29,168 nt of DNA from Candidatus Bathyarchaeia archaeon (GTDB lineage: Archaea > Thermoproteota > Bathyarchaeia > Bathyarchaeales > Bathycorpusculaceae): the NCBI GenBank assembly GCA_050010515.1, contig JBEKKX010000031.1:1-29168 (forward strand), given 5' to 3'. Every line of letters begins with the position of its first letter. Within the stretch, counting starts at the first letter, position 1. The translations under genes were made by a program, and so were the position numbers. Below are positions 8,171-17,832 of this stretch, piece by piece. A model generated the notes under the pieces. It was not told the origin of the DNA and did no database searches. It saw only the letters and a list, made by a program, of their open reading frames with translations.

Positions 8171-8920
8171 ATGGGAGTTAGCATGACGTCGAAAGTAGAA
8201 CTGGTCTCGGTAGTAATTCCAACACTCAATGAAGCAGGAAACATCTTAGAGGCTGTCACAACCATCGAGAAAGATTTGGCATATCCAAAAGAAATAATCG
8301 TTGTTGACGGCAACTCAACTGATGGAACAATAGAAATCGTTAAAGACACAAGTTTTTGCAAGCTTATTATTGAACCAAGACTCGGGTATGGTACCGCTCT
8401 TAAAACAGGTATGAAAAACGCGAAAGGCAACATTATTGTGATGGTTGACGGCGATGGAACCTACGAGGTAAAACACATCAATCGCTTGCTGGATAGGATG
8501 ATTCAGAAAGACGCTGACATGGTTTTAGCCACTCGCATGTATGACCCAAACAAAGCCATGGGATTCATGAATTTCGTTGGAAACAAAGTGATTACCTTCT
8601 TTTTCGACTTCTTCTACAGCCAATTCCTCAGCGACACACAATCAGGTTTCCGAGCAATATCTCATGAAGCCATCGACAACGTTAAGTTAAACCAGGGAGA
8701 CATGGCTTTCGCTACTGAAATGCTTGTACAATTCGCCAAAGAAGGATACAGCATGATTGAAGTTCCCACCACGTATAAAGCCCGAAAATATGGGAAAACC
8801 AAGCTCAAAAAATTTAAGTCAGGAATTGAAATATTTAGCACTATATTTAGGGGCCTTCTGGATGCCGACATGGTTAGAAAAAATGAAGAATATTGGAAGA
8901 AAAATTGGTTTAAGCGATGA
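8171..8920 (+). CDS. glycosyltransferase family 2 (dolichol/polyprenol-phosphate glycosyltransferase-like)
   Basis: SVVIPTLNE, VVDGNSTDGT, GYG, MVDGDGTY, SDTQSGFRA. Confidence 0.92.
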   Translation: MGVSMTSKVELVSVVIPTLNEAGNILEAVTTIEKDLAYPKEIIVVDGNSTDGTIEIVKDTSFCKLIIEPRLGYGTALKTGMKNAKGNIIVMVDGDGTYEVKHINRLLDRMIQKDADMVLATRMYDPNKAMGFMNFVGNKVITFFFDFFYSQFLSDTQSGFRAISHEAIDNVKLNQGDMAFATEMLVQFAKEGYSMIEVPTTYKARKYGKTKLKKFKSGIEIFSTIFRGLLDADMVRKNEEYWKKNWFKR

Positions 8921-9395
8921 AAAGGGCTACGCTGTCGCCATTTTCCTTGCCTTAGTAATTATTTCTGCACTAGTTGTAGGCTATTATGTGATAGCTAGGC
9001 CGCAACCCGAAGGCTACAGCACAATTTACCTGCTTGATTCACAAAACAAAGCCGTTGATTATCCCGCAGTTTTGGTTGCTAATCAGAACAGCACGTTTAA
9101 CGTGTCTGTAAACGTTGATAATCATATGGGTGGCACTGTGAAATACCAGGTTTTAGTGAAAATCACCAATGACCTTACAACTGTTCCAGTTAATACTCAG
9201 CCCATCGAAGCGTATAATATGACCTTAGGGAATGGTCAAAGCTGGCAAAAGTCAGTCACAGTTACGGAAAATCAAGTTGGAAGCTGCTCGGTGGTTTTTG
9301 AGCTCTGGCAATATAATTCAGATTCAGGAGCTTACCAGTTTACATATAACAATGTAAATAACTATTGCGTCTTAAACATTCAAGTGGTAAGTTAA
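8883..9395 (+). CDS. membrane-anchored protein, DUF1616-like
   Basis: N-terminal TM helix, then EGYSTIYLLDS...AVDYP...V-N...VVFELW, a beta-rich extracellular domain. ATG 8883 is preferred over 8757. Confidence 0.7.
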   Translation: MKNIGRKIGLSDEKGYAVAIFLALVIISALVVGYYVIARPQPEGYSTIYLLDSQNKAVDYPAVLVANQNSTFNVSVNVDNHMGGTVKYQVLVKITNDLTTVPVNTQPIEAYNMTLGNGQSWQKSVTVTENQVGSCSVVFELWQYNSDSGAYQFTYNNVNNYCVLNIQVVS

Positions 9396-10858
9396 GCCGT
9401 CTTGTGCCTTTCAGCGTACTCTTTTTCGATTGCAACCCTATGGATATTGTTGTATGCGCAGAAAGGTATGATCTTCAAGTCTGGCGTAACATAGTGCACT
9501 ACGCATCGTCTTACGCGGTTAACGTCAAAGTTGTATGAATCCATAAACGCCATGCAGCCTAAGAGGAAGATTCTTCTGCGTATCTTGCCAAGCGACTGGT
9601 AAGATGGAGAAAGATGCATCCTCATAATTGCGTTTGTAAGAGTCAACATGCCGACTTCTTTAGTAACTAAATACCAGTTCATCGACTCCATTGATGCTAA
9701 GAAGAGTGTTGAAAGAAGCGAAATCTTGCCCTTAGACTCAGCAGACTCAGCGGTTTTGCGAATGCTTTTAAAAAATCTGTCAAAGTTAACGAAACGGTTG
9801 ATTGGAATCATTTTGCCCTTTTTTGTAACGTAAATCCAATTTACGATGCCGCATTGTGGGCTACATGAGAACAGTGGCCAAGGCTTTTTCATGAACCTGC
9901 GCATTATCTTTATTGGTGAAGTCATCATTGACAGGGGGAAGAAATCAGTAGTCTTTAATTCACCGTGCGTTTGGTTTTCCACGTCCTCTGCAAAAGACCA
10001 CTCTCTAAAGTTCTCTCTAAACGGGTTTTCTGTCGCTCTGCCAGTAAAAGCGATCGGCTGGAAAATTAATCCTCTGATTATGTCAGTGTTTTTTGCAGCA
10101 AACTTGACTATGTCGCCGACTTCTTTATCATTTAAACTCTTCATTAACGTGTTAACGAGGATTATTTCGATGTCGTATTTGCGGCATACCTCAATAGCCT
10201 TCAGTTTATAGTCTAAAAGCGCTTGTCCTCTAACTTTCTTGTAGAAGTCATCGTGGAAACTGTCAAACTGTAAGTAAACAATGTTCAAACCGTTATTTTT
10301 TAGTCTCTCCGCTAACTGTGGGTTCTCAGCCAAATGTATCCCATTGGTCGCAATAATAGTCATAAACTTCAGCTTATGGGCGACCCCGATTATTTCAGGC
10401 ATATCTTCGCGTTCTAGGGGTTCGCCGCCTGAGAACAGGATGGCTGGAGGCTTCGGGTCAGCATTGTTTAGGAATTCCAGCATGTTTATGAGAGCTTGTT
10501 TTGTTGGTTCATAATCAACTTCTTGCTGTGGAAAAGTGGAGAAACAGACAGCACATTTTAAGTTGCACCGTTTGGTTACGTCGATTACTCCTATAACAGT
10601 GCCTGAAGCATGATTAGTACATGATTCGCAGACATATGGGCAGCCTTCAGGGTTTTTCGGGGCGTTTAAGTCGCCAAGGTATTGGAATTGGTCATAAGTT
10701 TGCATGTGATTAAAAACACCCAGGCTTTGCCAGTGAGTAGCTTCGAAAACTCCATGCTCAGGACATTGTTTAGTGATTTTAATTTTGCCATTTACTTCCG
10801 TTAATTCGGCATCAATTTTTTTCTGGCATTCAGGACAGACGCTTTTGGTTTTGGTCAT
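9392..10858 (-). CDS. tes: tetraether lipid synthase (Tes/GDGT-MAS, MJ0619 family)-like radical SAM protein
   Basis: N-terminal SVCPEC...KQCPEHG metal site, [27 protein letters not shown] (CxxxCxxC), SGGEP, YLQFD, and C-terminal [34 protein letters not shown]. Confidence 0.82.
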   Translation of the reverse strand: [488 protein letters not shown]

Positions 10859-11736
10859 AATAACCCTCCAAGTGTTGCCTCGATTATTAATGCTAACGGA
10901 AGAAGAATCATCGACATAGTAACTATTCGCTCATATTTTCGCACATTGGACACTGTTGAAGCTGAGGTTACAAGACGGATTGAACAGTAAATTAGAAGAA
11001 CGCTCCAAAGAAGAATAGGAGGCAAATAGTAAATTGTAAACTTGCCTATGAAGTAGGGAAGAGGCGCAAGCAAACCGGTCAACGTGAAAAACAGGGCAGC
11101 CACTTTCACAGAGTTTACGTTGCCGATTTTTTGCGGAAGCGTTGGATACCCAATCTTTGAGTCGCCGTCAAGGCTTAGGATGTCTCGCAGGACATTGCCG
11201 CCTATAGTGCCGAAAGCTATCGGGTAGAGACTTAAAGAAATCAAGCTTATAGTTGGAGGTATAGTGATGGTGGCTTCTCCATACATGAAGGCTGTACCTG
11301 TTAAAACGCCAACCAAAACGTTGGCAGCAAAGCCTGATTTCCGCTTTACAAGTGTTGAGTAAATCAATAGCAACAAGGAATCGACAGCGATTATTGCGAA
11401 GCTTAGCCAGTTAATAAAAAAAGCCATAATTAGACCTAAAGTAAAAAGTAAAGCTGAGATTGCCACTACTTGCTTTAGCGACAGCGCACCTGAGGGTATG
11501 GGGCGTTTAGGCTTGATTACTGCATCGCTTTCTCTGTCAAAGTAGTCGTTGATTGCGAAGCCTGCGGATGTTATGAACGCCATGGAAAAGAAAATCAGCA
11601 AATCTGTTTGTATGCTGAGGCTAAGAGGGTTTTTGGTGATGGCGAAAGCTGTTAAAAGAGATAAACCACCAGTCATCAGCCAGTAGGGAAGACGCAAAAG
11701 AGCGATTAATCCTCTAGCTGGCACCGCAGCGGCCAT
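10855..11736 (-). CDS. UbiA-family prenyltransferase, digeranylgeranylglyceryl phosphate synthase-like
   Basis: Multi-pass membrane protein with INDYFDRESDAVIKPKRPIPSG and RDILSLDGDSKIGYPTLP Asp-rich motifs. Overlaps the tes-like gene by 4 bp. Confidence 0.85.
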   Translation of the reverse strand: MAAAVPARGLIALLRLPYWLMTGGLSLLTAFAITKNPLSLSIQTDLLIFFSMAFITSAGFAINDYFDRESDAVIKPKRPIPSGALSLKQVVAISALLFTLGLIMAFFINWLSFAIIAVDSLLLLIYSTLVKRKSGFAANVLVGVLTGTAFMYGEATITIPPTISLISLSLYPIAFGTIGGNVLRDILSLDGDSKIGYPTLPQKIGNVNSVKVAALFFTLTGLLAPLPYFIGKFTIYYLPPILLWSVLLIYCSIRLVTSASTVSNVRKYERIVTMSMILLPLALIIEATLGGLL

Positions 11737-12668
11737 TACGAAAGTTTCCTCTCAGCGATAATTTCTCTTATGCTATCTTCAAGACTTACCTTGGGATTCC
11801 ATTTCAACTCTTTCTTTGCTTTGGAGTTGTCAAACCATATTTTTGTTACGTCGCCTTGCCAAGAAACATTAGTTGTTGTTATGAATGTCCTGTCTTGCAA
11901 GTTGAGGATTTTGAGCATCATTTTGGCAAGGTCTATTATCGTGGTTGTTGTTCCAAAGCCTATGTTGTAAGTTTTACCGTTAGCAGAATCATCTGAGCCA
12001 ACGGTTACTAAAGCATCCACCACATCGGAAACATGAACAAAATCGCGTGACTGCAGCCCAGTGCCGATGATTTCTAGTTTGCCGGGGTTTTTAGCGATTT
12101 TATCTATAAAGTCATGGATGACCCCGTGGCACCTTGACCCGTAAACGTTAGCAAACCTCATTATGGTGATGTCTAAGCCGTACTGGCTTTGGTACATTTG
12201 GCAGTATTCTTCGCCGACTACTTTGGATAACCCATAGCATGAAAAGGGGTGAAAACCGTATTCCTCTGGAGTTGGAAATACAGTTGGATTGCCATAGACT
12301 GCTGCGCTGGAAGCGAAAACTAGTTTTGCATCGTCTTTGCGTGCTTTCTCAAGAACTTGGAGTGTTCCTTTAGCGTTCGTTTCAAAATCTTCCAGTGGAT
12401 TCTCCATCGAGTAAGGAACAACAACTTGCGCAGCTAAATGATAAATTAAATCAGCCTTCTCTAAAGAACGAAGCTTTTTCAGGTCCAGTATGTCGCCTTT
12501 GATGAACTTAGCTTTTGGAACGTCTTTCACGTTTTCCTTTTTGCCACTTGATAAGTTATCATAAATCGTTAAGTTAGATGTTAGGTCTGATAGTCTTTTG
12601 CACAGGTGAAAGCCGATAAAACCTGCTCCACCAGTGATTAGAATTTTTTTTCCTTTAAGTTCCACCAT
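11736..12668 (-). CDS. NAD-dependent nucleotide-sugar epimerase/dehydratase (GalE-like SDR)
   Basis: ITGGAGFIG, ASSAAVYG, YGLSK, RFANVYG, RDFVHVSD. ATG at 12668 is preferred over the TTG at 12701. Confidence 0.93.
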   Translation of the reverse strand: MVELKGKKILITGGAGFIGFHLCKRLSDLTSNLTIYDNLSSGKKENVKDVPKAKFIKGDILDLKKLRSLEKADLIYHLAAQVVVPYSMENPLEDFETNAKGTLQVLEKARKDDAKLVFASSAAVYGNPTVFPTPEEYGFHPFSCYGLSKVVGEEYCQMYQSQYGLDITIMRFANVYGSRCHGVIHDFIDKIAKNPGKLEIIGTGLQSRDFVHVSDVVDALVTVGSDDSANGKTYNIGFGTTTTIIDLAKMMLKILNLQDRTFITTTNVSWQGDVTKIWFDNSKAKKELKWNPKVSLEDSIREIIAERKLS

Positions 12669-12716
12669 GTAATTCACGACAAAGTCTATATTATCTTTCA
12701 ATTAGTTGTAGGGTAT

Positions 12717-13547
12717 ATGTCGCCTGTGAAAGCTATAAAAACTTTTAGGGATTTACTGTCATTCCTAACCATTATCCCTGTGGGCGGAAAGGAAGATTTC
12801 ATTTTCACCACAGCCGAGCACATGTACCTTTTCCCCATAATCGGCGCTTTCATAGGCATACTTGCCGGCGCTTACTTCCTCGGCGCAAGCATTATCGTTC
12901 ATTTTCTGCTCAGTTTAGTTAACACAACCGTTGCCTTGCCAACTGACTTACTAGCAAAGCTTGCGGTTGCTGCGATGACCGTGGCTTTCCTGCTTGTCTT
13001 AACGGGACTCCAACATTTTGACGGCTTAATCGATTTAGGCAACGCGTTTGGGCTTAGAAATTTGCATGACCGCAAAATGGTTGCTCACGCCTGGACGGTG
13101 ACTTACTGGGGAGCATTACTTGCGATAATTGTAGAGTTTACCGCTTTCATAGGATTATTTTTAATTAACCCACTTTTTGCTTTTGGAGCAATAATTGCCG
13201 CTGAAGTCTCAGCTAAAATATCTATGGTAACGATTGTTTGGGTAGGAAAACCCACGCACAAAGGGTTAGGTTCAATTTTCCTTCAAAAAGCAAAAAAGAA
13301 ACTCAACATCATCGCTTACGCACTCTCTATACTGATTGTCTACCCATTTTTTGGTTTTACAGATAAACCGTTTTTAGGTTTAGTTGCCGTCGGAGTGGTT
13401 TTAGTCAGCATTCCAGTAGCGCTTGTAATGGAGAAAGTTGCTGAAAGCGTTTTCGGCGGAGTTTCAGGCGACATGATTGGGGCAACCAACGAGGTGGCTA
13501 GGGCAGTTACGCTTATTTTGATTGCAGGTGTATTGGTGCTAATATGA
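12717..13547 (+). CDS. cobS: adenosylcobinamide-GDP ribazoletransferase (cobalamin synthase)
   Basis: SFLTIIP, FPIIG, TGLQHFDGLIDLG and FGGVSGDMIGATNE. Hydrophobic membrane protein. Confidence 0.9.
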   Translation: MSPVKAIKTFRDLLSFLTIIPVGGKEDFIFTTAEHMYLFPIIGAFIGILAGAYFLGASIIVHFLLSLVNTTVALPTDLLAKLAVAAMTVAFLLVLTGLQHFDGLIDLGNAFGLRNLHDRKMVAHAWTVTYWGALLAIIVEFTAFIGLFLINPLFAFGAIIAAEVSAKISMVTIVWVGKPTHKGLGSIFLQKAKKKLNIIAYALSILIVYPFFGFTDKPFLGLVAVGVVLVSIPVALVMEKVAESVFGGVSGDMIGATNEVARAVTLILIAGVLVLI

Positions 13548-14170
13548 AAGTACCTGCGTTGATTATGGCTGGCGGAAAAGGTAAACGCATGGCTTTGCCA
13601 GTGGAAAAGCCGCTTTTAACTTTTTTAGGTAAACCGCTGATTGACTGGGTTGCTGAGGCTGTTGCTTGTGCCGAAAAGGTTTCAGAGTTTTATGTAGTGA
13701 CCAGCTTGAACACGCCTGAAACTGAAAAGCACTGCCTTAGCAAGGGATGGAAGGTTTTGCGGACGGAGGCAAAGGGATATCATGATGACTTAAAGCAAGC
13801 TGCTCTTACAGCTGGTTTAATGGGTCCTGTGCTGACCATTCCAGCGGATTCTCCAGCCGTAACTGGTAAGTTTCTTGATAAAATCATCAAACGGTTCGAA
13901 GTTTGCGGAAAAGATTTCTATGCAGTTTTCGTTCCTATCCAAGTTCGTGAAAACTTGGGACTTTCTGTAGACTCCACTGACGAGTACAAGGGCAAGTGGT
14001 ATGCTGTTTCGGGAGTCAACATTGTTAACGGCGCAAAAATTCAAGGCGAGAGCAAAATTGAAACAAGTGCCCTGATCACAAAAGAGGTTGAAGTACTCCT
14101 TAACATTAATACTTTGAAGGATTTAGAAATCGCCGAGAGAATAATGCATGATAGCAGTTGGAAAAGATGA
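13544..14170 (+). CDS. cobY: GTP:adenosylcobinamide-phosphate guanylyltransferase (MobA-like NTP transferase)
   Basis: ALIMAGGKGKRM..VEKPL, GYHDDL, PAD, SGVNIV, NINTLKDL. Overlaps cobS by 4 bp. Confidence 0.85.
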   Translation: MKVPALIMAGGKGKRMALPVEKPLLTFLGKPLIDWVAEAVACAEKVSEFYVVTSLNTPETEKHCLSKGWKVLRTEAKGYHDDLKQAALTAGLMGPVLTIPADSPAVTGKFLDKIIKRFEVCGKDFYAVFVPIQVRENLGLSVDSTDEYKGKWYAVSGVNIVNGAKIQGESKIETSALITKEVEVLLNINTLKDLEIAERIMHDSSWKR

Positions 14171-14249
14171 GTTTTCCTGTTAGAGAAATCTTTAACATCA
14201 CCACGCAACCTACTCTACCTCAAGTTGCTGTTTCAGGAGACCGTCTCGG

Positions 14250-15674
14250 ATGAGCCTACTTAGCCACGATAGCTTCTGGAATGCAGTGATAACTCTGCCC
14301 ATGACTAAAAAAATGCTAAAGCTATCGCTCAATAAGTGCCCTGCATGCGGTAGAACGGTTCTTGAAGCAGCATTGGATTCTTATGCTGGAAAAACCGATG
14401 GAAACTGTGAGAAATGCAGCATTCTTTACTCGCAGATTATTGGTTTTTGGGTTGAATTCCTGAGAAGAAGCCTCGACATTAAGCGGCAGAAAGTTGAAAA
14501 GCTCTTAGCAGACCCATACGCACGAAGAGCAATAACCAACTTGACAAAGTCCTTCGCTTACATTGGAATTAAAAAGCCAATTTCGCTTTATGCGCCTTTC
14601 TTGATTGTTTGGGATTTCACGCATAAATGTAACTTGAGCTGCAAGCATTGCTATTCAAACTCCGGCGCAGTAAACGAAGAAGAATTAACAACCAAAGAAG
14701 CCATGGCAGTCGTGGATCAGCTTGCAGGCGCTGGAGTTACAGCACTGGCTTTTTCAGGCGGCGAACCGCTTAGCCGAAAAGACTTCTTTGAAGTGGCAAA
14801 CCACGCAGTTAAAAGCGGCTTATATGTTTCCGTAGCTACGAACGGAACCCTGCTAACCAAAGAAAACGTTAAAAAAATAAAGCAAACCGGAATACACTAC
14901 GTCGAAATAAGCATTGACGGCGCCACCGCAAAAACACATGACGCTTTCAGAGGAGTACCTGGCGCGTTCGAGAAAGCTGTGGTTGGACTTAGGAATTGTG
15001 TGGAAGCGGATTTGTGCGCTTGCATAGCCAGTACAGCAACGAAAAGCAACCTTGAAGAAATGCCTGCAATAGTGACGTTAGCTGAAGAAGTCGGCGCCGA
15101 AAGATTCACCTACTTCAACTTCATTCCAACCGGACGCGGAAAAGCACATTTTGACCAAGATTTGTCGGCGGAAGAACGGGAGAAGCTTATGCGTTACTTG
15201 CTAAACAGGATGTCAACTGGCTGCAAAACAACCATTCTCACCACGGCGCCGCAGCTAGCCCGAGTAGCCTTGCAATGTCAAGGGGCAGCGGGAACTGGGG
15301 AAGTGACCATGTCTATGGCGCATATGCAAACGGCGAGAGTAAGCAAGAAAGCTGTTCCACTGGCAGATTTCATCGGCGGATGCGGAGCTGGAAGATTATA
15401 TTGTTCGCTTTCACCTCAGGGGGATGTTCACCCATGCGTCTTCCTGCCGATAAATGTGGGCAACCTGAAAACTGAAAAGTTCCAAGATATATGGTTAAAC
15501 TCAACACTTTTCAAAGCCTTACGCAACAGAGGCAACCTAAAAGGAGCCTGTGGAATATGCGCCTACAAGTACATTTGCGGCGGCTGCAGAGCGCGGTCAG
15601 CTGCATACCATAATGGTGACATGCTAAATTCCGATCCAGGCTGCATAATGGGAAAACAAGTGAAGGGTGCATAG
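14250..15674 (+). CDS. radical SAM/SPASM-domain protein with N-terminal CxxC pairs (possible GMGT synthase Gms-like)
   Basis: APFLIVWDFTHKCNLSCKHCY and SGGEPL. SPASM: GGCGAGR...PCVF...CGICAYKYICGGCRAR...DPGC. N-terminal CPAC and CEKC. The Gms label is from recollection of the family and context only. Confidence 0.85.
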   Translation: MSLLSHDSFWNAVITLPMTKKMLKLSLNKCPACGRTVLEAALDSYAGKTDGNCEKCSILYSQIIGFWVEFLRRSLDIKRQKVEKLLADPYARRAITNLTKSFAYIGIKKPISLYAPFLIVWDFTHKCNLSCKHCYSNSGAVNEEELTTKEAMAVVDQLAGAGVTALAFSGGEPLSRKDFFEVANHAVKSGLYVSVATNGTLLTKENVKKIKQTGIHYVEISIDGATAKTHDAFRGVPGAFEKAVVGLRNCVEADLCACIASTATKSNLEEMPAIVTLAEEVGAERFTYFNFIPTGRGKAHFDQDLSAEEREKLMRYLLNRMSTGCKTTILTTAPQLARVALQCQGAAGTGEVTMSMAHMQTARVSKKAVPLADFIGGCGAGRLYCSLSPQGDVHPCVFLPINVGNLKTEKFQDIWLNSTLFKALRNRGNLKGACGICAYKYICGGCRARSAAYHNGDMLNSDPGCIMGKQVKGA

Positions 15675-15676
15675 GT

Positions 15677-16642
15677 GTGCCTAACACAGAACAGAAAACG
15701 GTTAAAATCTTTCGAGCCAAAAACGGCATAAGCGAAATCTTAAAGGAAGCCGTTGATGATTCAGGGTTGCGTGGGAAACAGAAAATTTTTATCAAGCCCA
15801 ACATGAGCCACCCAGAGTACATTCCCGGCGTAGTAACATGCCCCAAACTGCTTGGTGAACTGGTTAGCTTACTTCGAGACGGCGCTAGAGAAGTAATAGT
15901 TGGCGAGTCTAACGGGTTTAATTATCCATGCAACTCAGCGTTTGAAAAAACAGGGATAGAAGCAGCCGTAAAGAAAGCAGGCGGCAGCGTGATCAATCTT
16001 TCAGAGGACAAAGTGGTCAAAGTAAAATTTCCAACCACCAACACTCCGCTGAAGGAGCTGCTTTTGCCAAAAACCGTGTTGGATGCTGACGCGGTTGTGA
16101 ATTTGCCTTTGATGAAAACGCATGAATTTGCAATATACAGTGGAGCCATAAAAAACCTTTTCGGCTGCGTTCCCAGCAACAAGCGCATTTACCTTCACCC
16201 GTATCTGCCGGAAGTTTTCTACAGGTTATACTCCGTCATTAAGCCGCAGTTAACAGTCATGGATGCGAGGGTTGGGATTGAGGGAAATGGCCCAACAAAA
16301 GGCAAACCCGTCAAAATGGACTTAATGCTAACCAGCAATGACGCCTTAGCTATCGATATAACCGCAGCGGAAATCATGGAATTAGACTGGAAACAAACAT
16401 ACCTCAACTATATTGCCAAAAAAGTAGGCTTGCAAAAGGAATCAGTCATGGTGGAGGGCTTGCAGGTAAATGAGGTAATGCACAAATTTGAGCCTCCAAG
16501 AATCGATTTGCCCGTAAAAGCGCAAATGAAAATATACCAACATGAACTTTTAACGAAAATGCTATTTTGCTCTCTGGATGTAGTGAAGCTTTTCCAGAAA
16601 ATAACCATTGCGTACAGAGGAGAGCCTATAGAAACCGCTTAG
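15677..16642 (+). CDS. DUF362 domain protein
   Basis: IFIKPN, GVVT, VGES, VNLPLMKTH, SGAIKNLFG, EGNGP motifs. Confidence 0.85.
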   Translation: MPNTEQKTVKIFRAKNGISEILKEAVDDSGLRGKQKIFIKPNMSHPEYIPGVVTCPKLLGELVSLLRDGAREVIVGESNGFNYPCNSAFEKTGIEAAVKKAGGSVINLSEDKVVKVKFPTTNTPLKELLLPKTVLDADAVVNLPLMKTHEFAIYSGAIKNLFGCVPSNKRIYLHPYLPEVFYRLYSVIKPQLTVMDARVGIEGNGPTKGKPVKMDLMLTSNDALAIDITAAEIMELDWKQTYLNYIAKKVGLQKESVMVEGLQVNEVMHKFEPPRIDLPVKAQMKIYQHELLTKMLFCSLDVVKLFQKITIAYRGEPIETA

Positions 16643-17832
16643 TCTAACGCTTCATCGTAGACTTTGAGCACATCCTTTACGACTATGCGCCAATCAAAGC
16701 GTTCCAGGATAGTTTTTCGGGCAAGAGAACCCATTTCCAAAGCTTCAGTTGGGTGCTCAAGCAAATACAGTATCCTATCAGCGAATTGTTTTGGATTGAA
16801 CGGCTCAACCAAGAACCCGTTCTTCCCACTTTCAATCGTTTCAGGAATCCCACCTACACTGGTTGTTACCACGGGCAAGCCGGTTGAAAGCGCCTCCAAA
16901 ACAGCGAAGGGGTGATGCTCATAGAATGTGGAGAACGCGAATACGTCTGCGGCTTGGTAAAGTTTGGGCAGTTTCTTGTCGGGATAGTAACCGGTGAAGA
17001 TTATGTTGTCTTTTACGCCGATTTTTTCTGCGTGAGCGATGAGTTTTCGCATTTCGTCGCTTTGTCCTTTGCCTGAAATTATGAATTTGGCGTTTTTGAA
17101 CCGCTTGATGACGGCGGGCATGCTTTCGATAAGTGTGAATAAGCCTTTGCGTGCATAGAGCCTGCCCACTGAAACTATGGCTAAATCGTTTGGGTTAAAA
17201 CCGAGTTCTTCCTTGATTTTGCGTTTATCTTTTGCTGGCTGAAACTTGTCAGGGTCAACGCCGTTGTGGATGACACGAATTTTTTCTTCAGGAATCTTAT
17301 AGTACTCAAGCAACTCGCGCTTTGTAAAATGGCTTACCGCAATAATCTTGTTTGCTCGCTCAAGCATTTTTTCCTCAAAAATCCGCAAAAACCAGTTGAA
17401 GCTAACCATAAACTTCTCGTTAGCGTTAAGCCTGCTGTAGGGTTCACCTCGGATGGCTTGTGCTTCGCCCTTCCATGTTGAGTGAACGGTGCAAACGAGC
17501 GTTTTTCCAAAGTTCGGCGGCACTGCAAAGTTAGGCGTTAACGGCAAGTTAGCGTGCGTAATATCTACGTTAACTCTTTCGCGGACGCTGTTTAGTTTGC
17601 TGTAGCTGGAGGCTGCAAGCATAAACGATTTTATGACAGGCGCTTTTGGGATTTTTAGGAAAAACACCTTTAATTGTTCGTTGACTTTGATGTCTAATGT
17701 TTGGTCGGAGCCTGTGACTACGTAGATTTTATAACCGTTTTTCATAAGTTCGTTTGATAGATAGTAAACGTAGGCGCCTGTTCCACCAGAGAGGGGCCAA
17801 TACTCAGGCGAGACGAAGCATACTTTACGCAT
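16639..17832 (-). CDS. glycosyltransferase family 4
   Basis: SPEYWPLSGGTG, TVHST, HNGVD, EHHPFAVLEALSTGLPVVTTSVGG. Confidence 0.92.
   Translation of the reverse strand: MRKVCFVSPEYWPLSGGTGAYVYYLSNELMKNGYKIYVVTGSDQTLDIKVNEQLKVFFLKIPKAPVIKSFMLAASSYSKLNSVRERVNVDITHANLPLTPNFAVPPNFGKTLVCTVHSTWKGEAQAIRGEPYSRLNANEKFMVSFNWFLRIFEEKMLERANKIIAVSHFTKRELLEYYKIPEEKIRVIHNGVDPDKFQPAKDKRKIKEELGFNPNDLAIVSVGRLYARKGLFTLIESMPAVIKRFKNAKFIISGKGQSDEMRKLIAHAEKIGVKDNIIFTGYYPDKKLPKLYQAADVFAFSTFYEHHPFAVLEALSTGLPVVTTSVGGIPETIESGKNGFLVEPFNPKQFADRILYLLEHPTEALEMGSLARKTILERFDWRIVVKDVLKVYDEALD

Noticed and set aside
8757-8882. N-terminal extension of the DUF1616-like ORF
   Set aside because: It lies wholly inside the GT2 gene; ATG 8883 just before the TM helix is more plausible.
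4620-15674. RiPP cluster interpretation (C39 peptidase plus SPASM and B12 radical SAMs)
   Set aside because: No convincing precursor peptide, RRE/PqqD domain or transporter. The peptidase cassette differs in composition and has its own partner gene, and the lipid-enzyme context explains the radical SAMs better. Not fully excluded.
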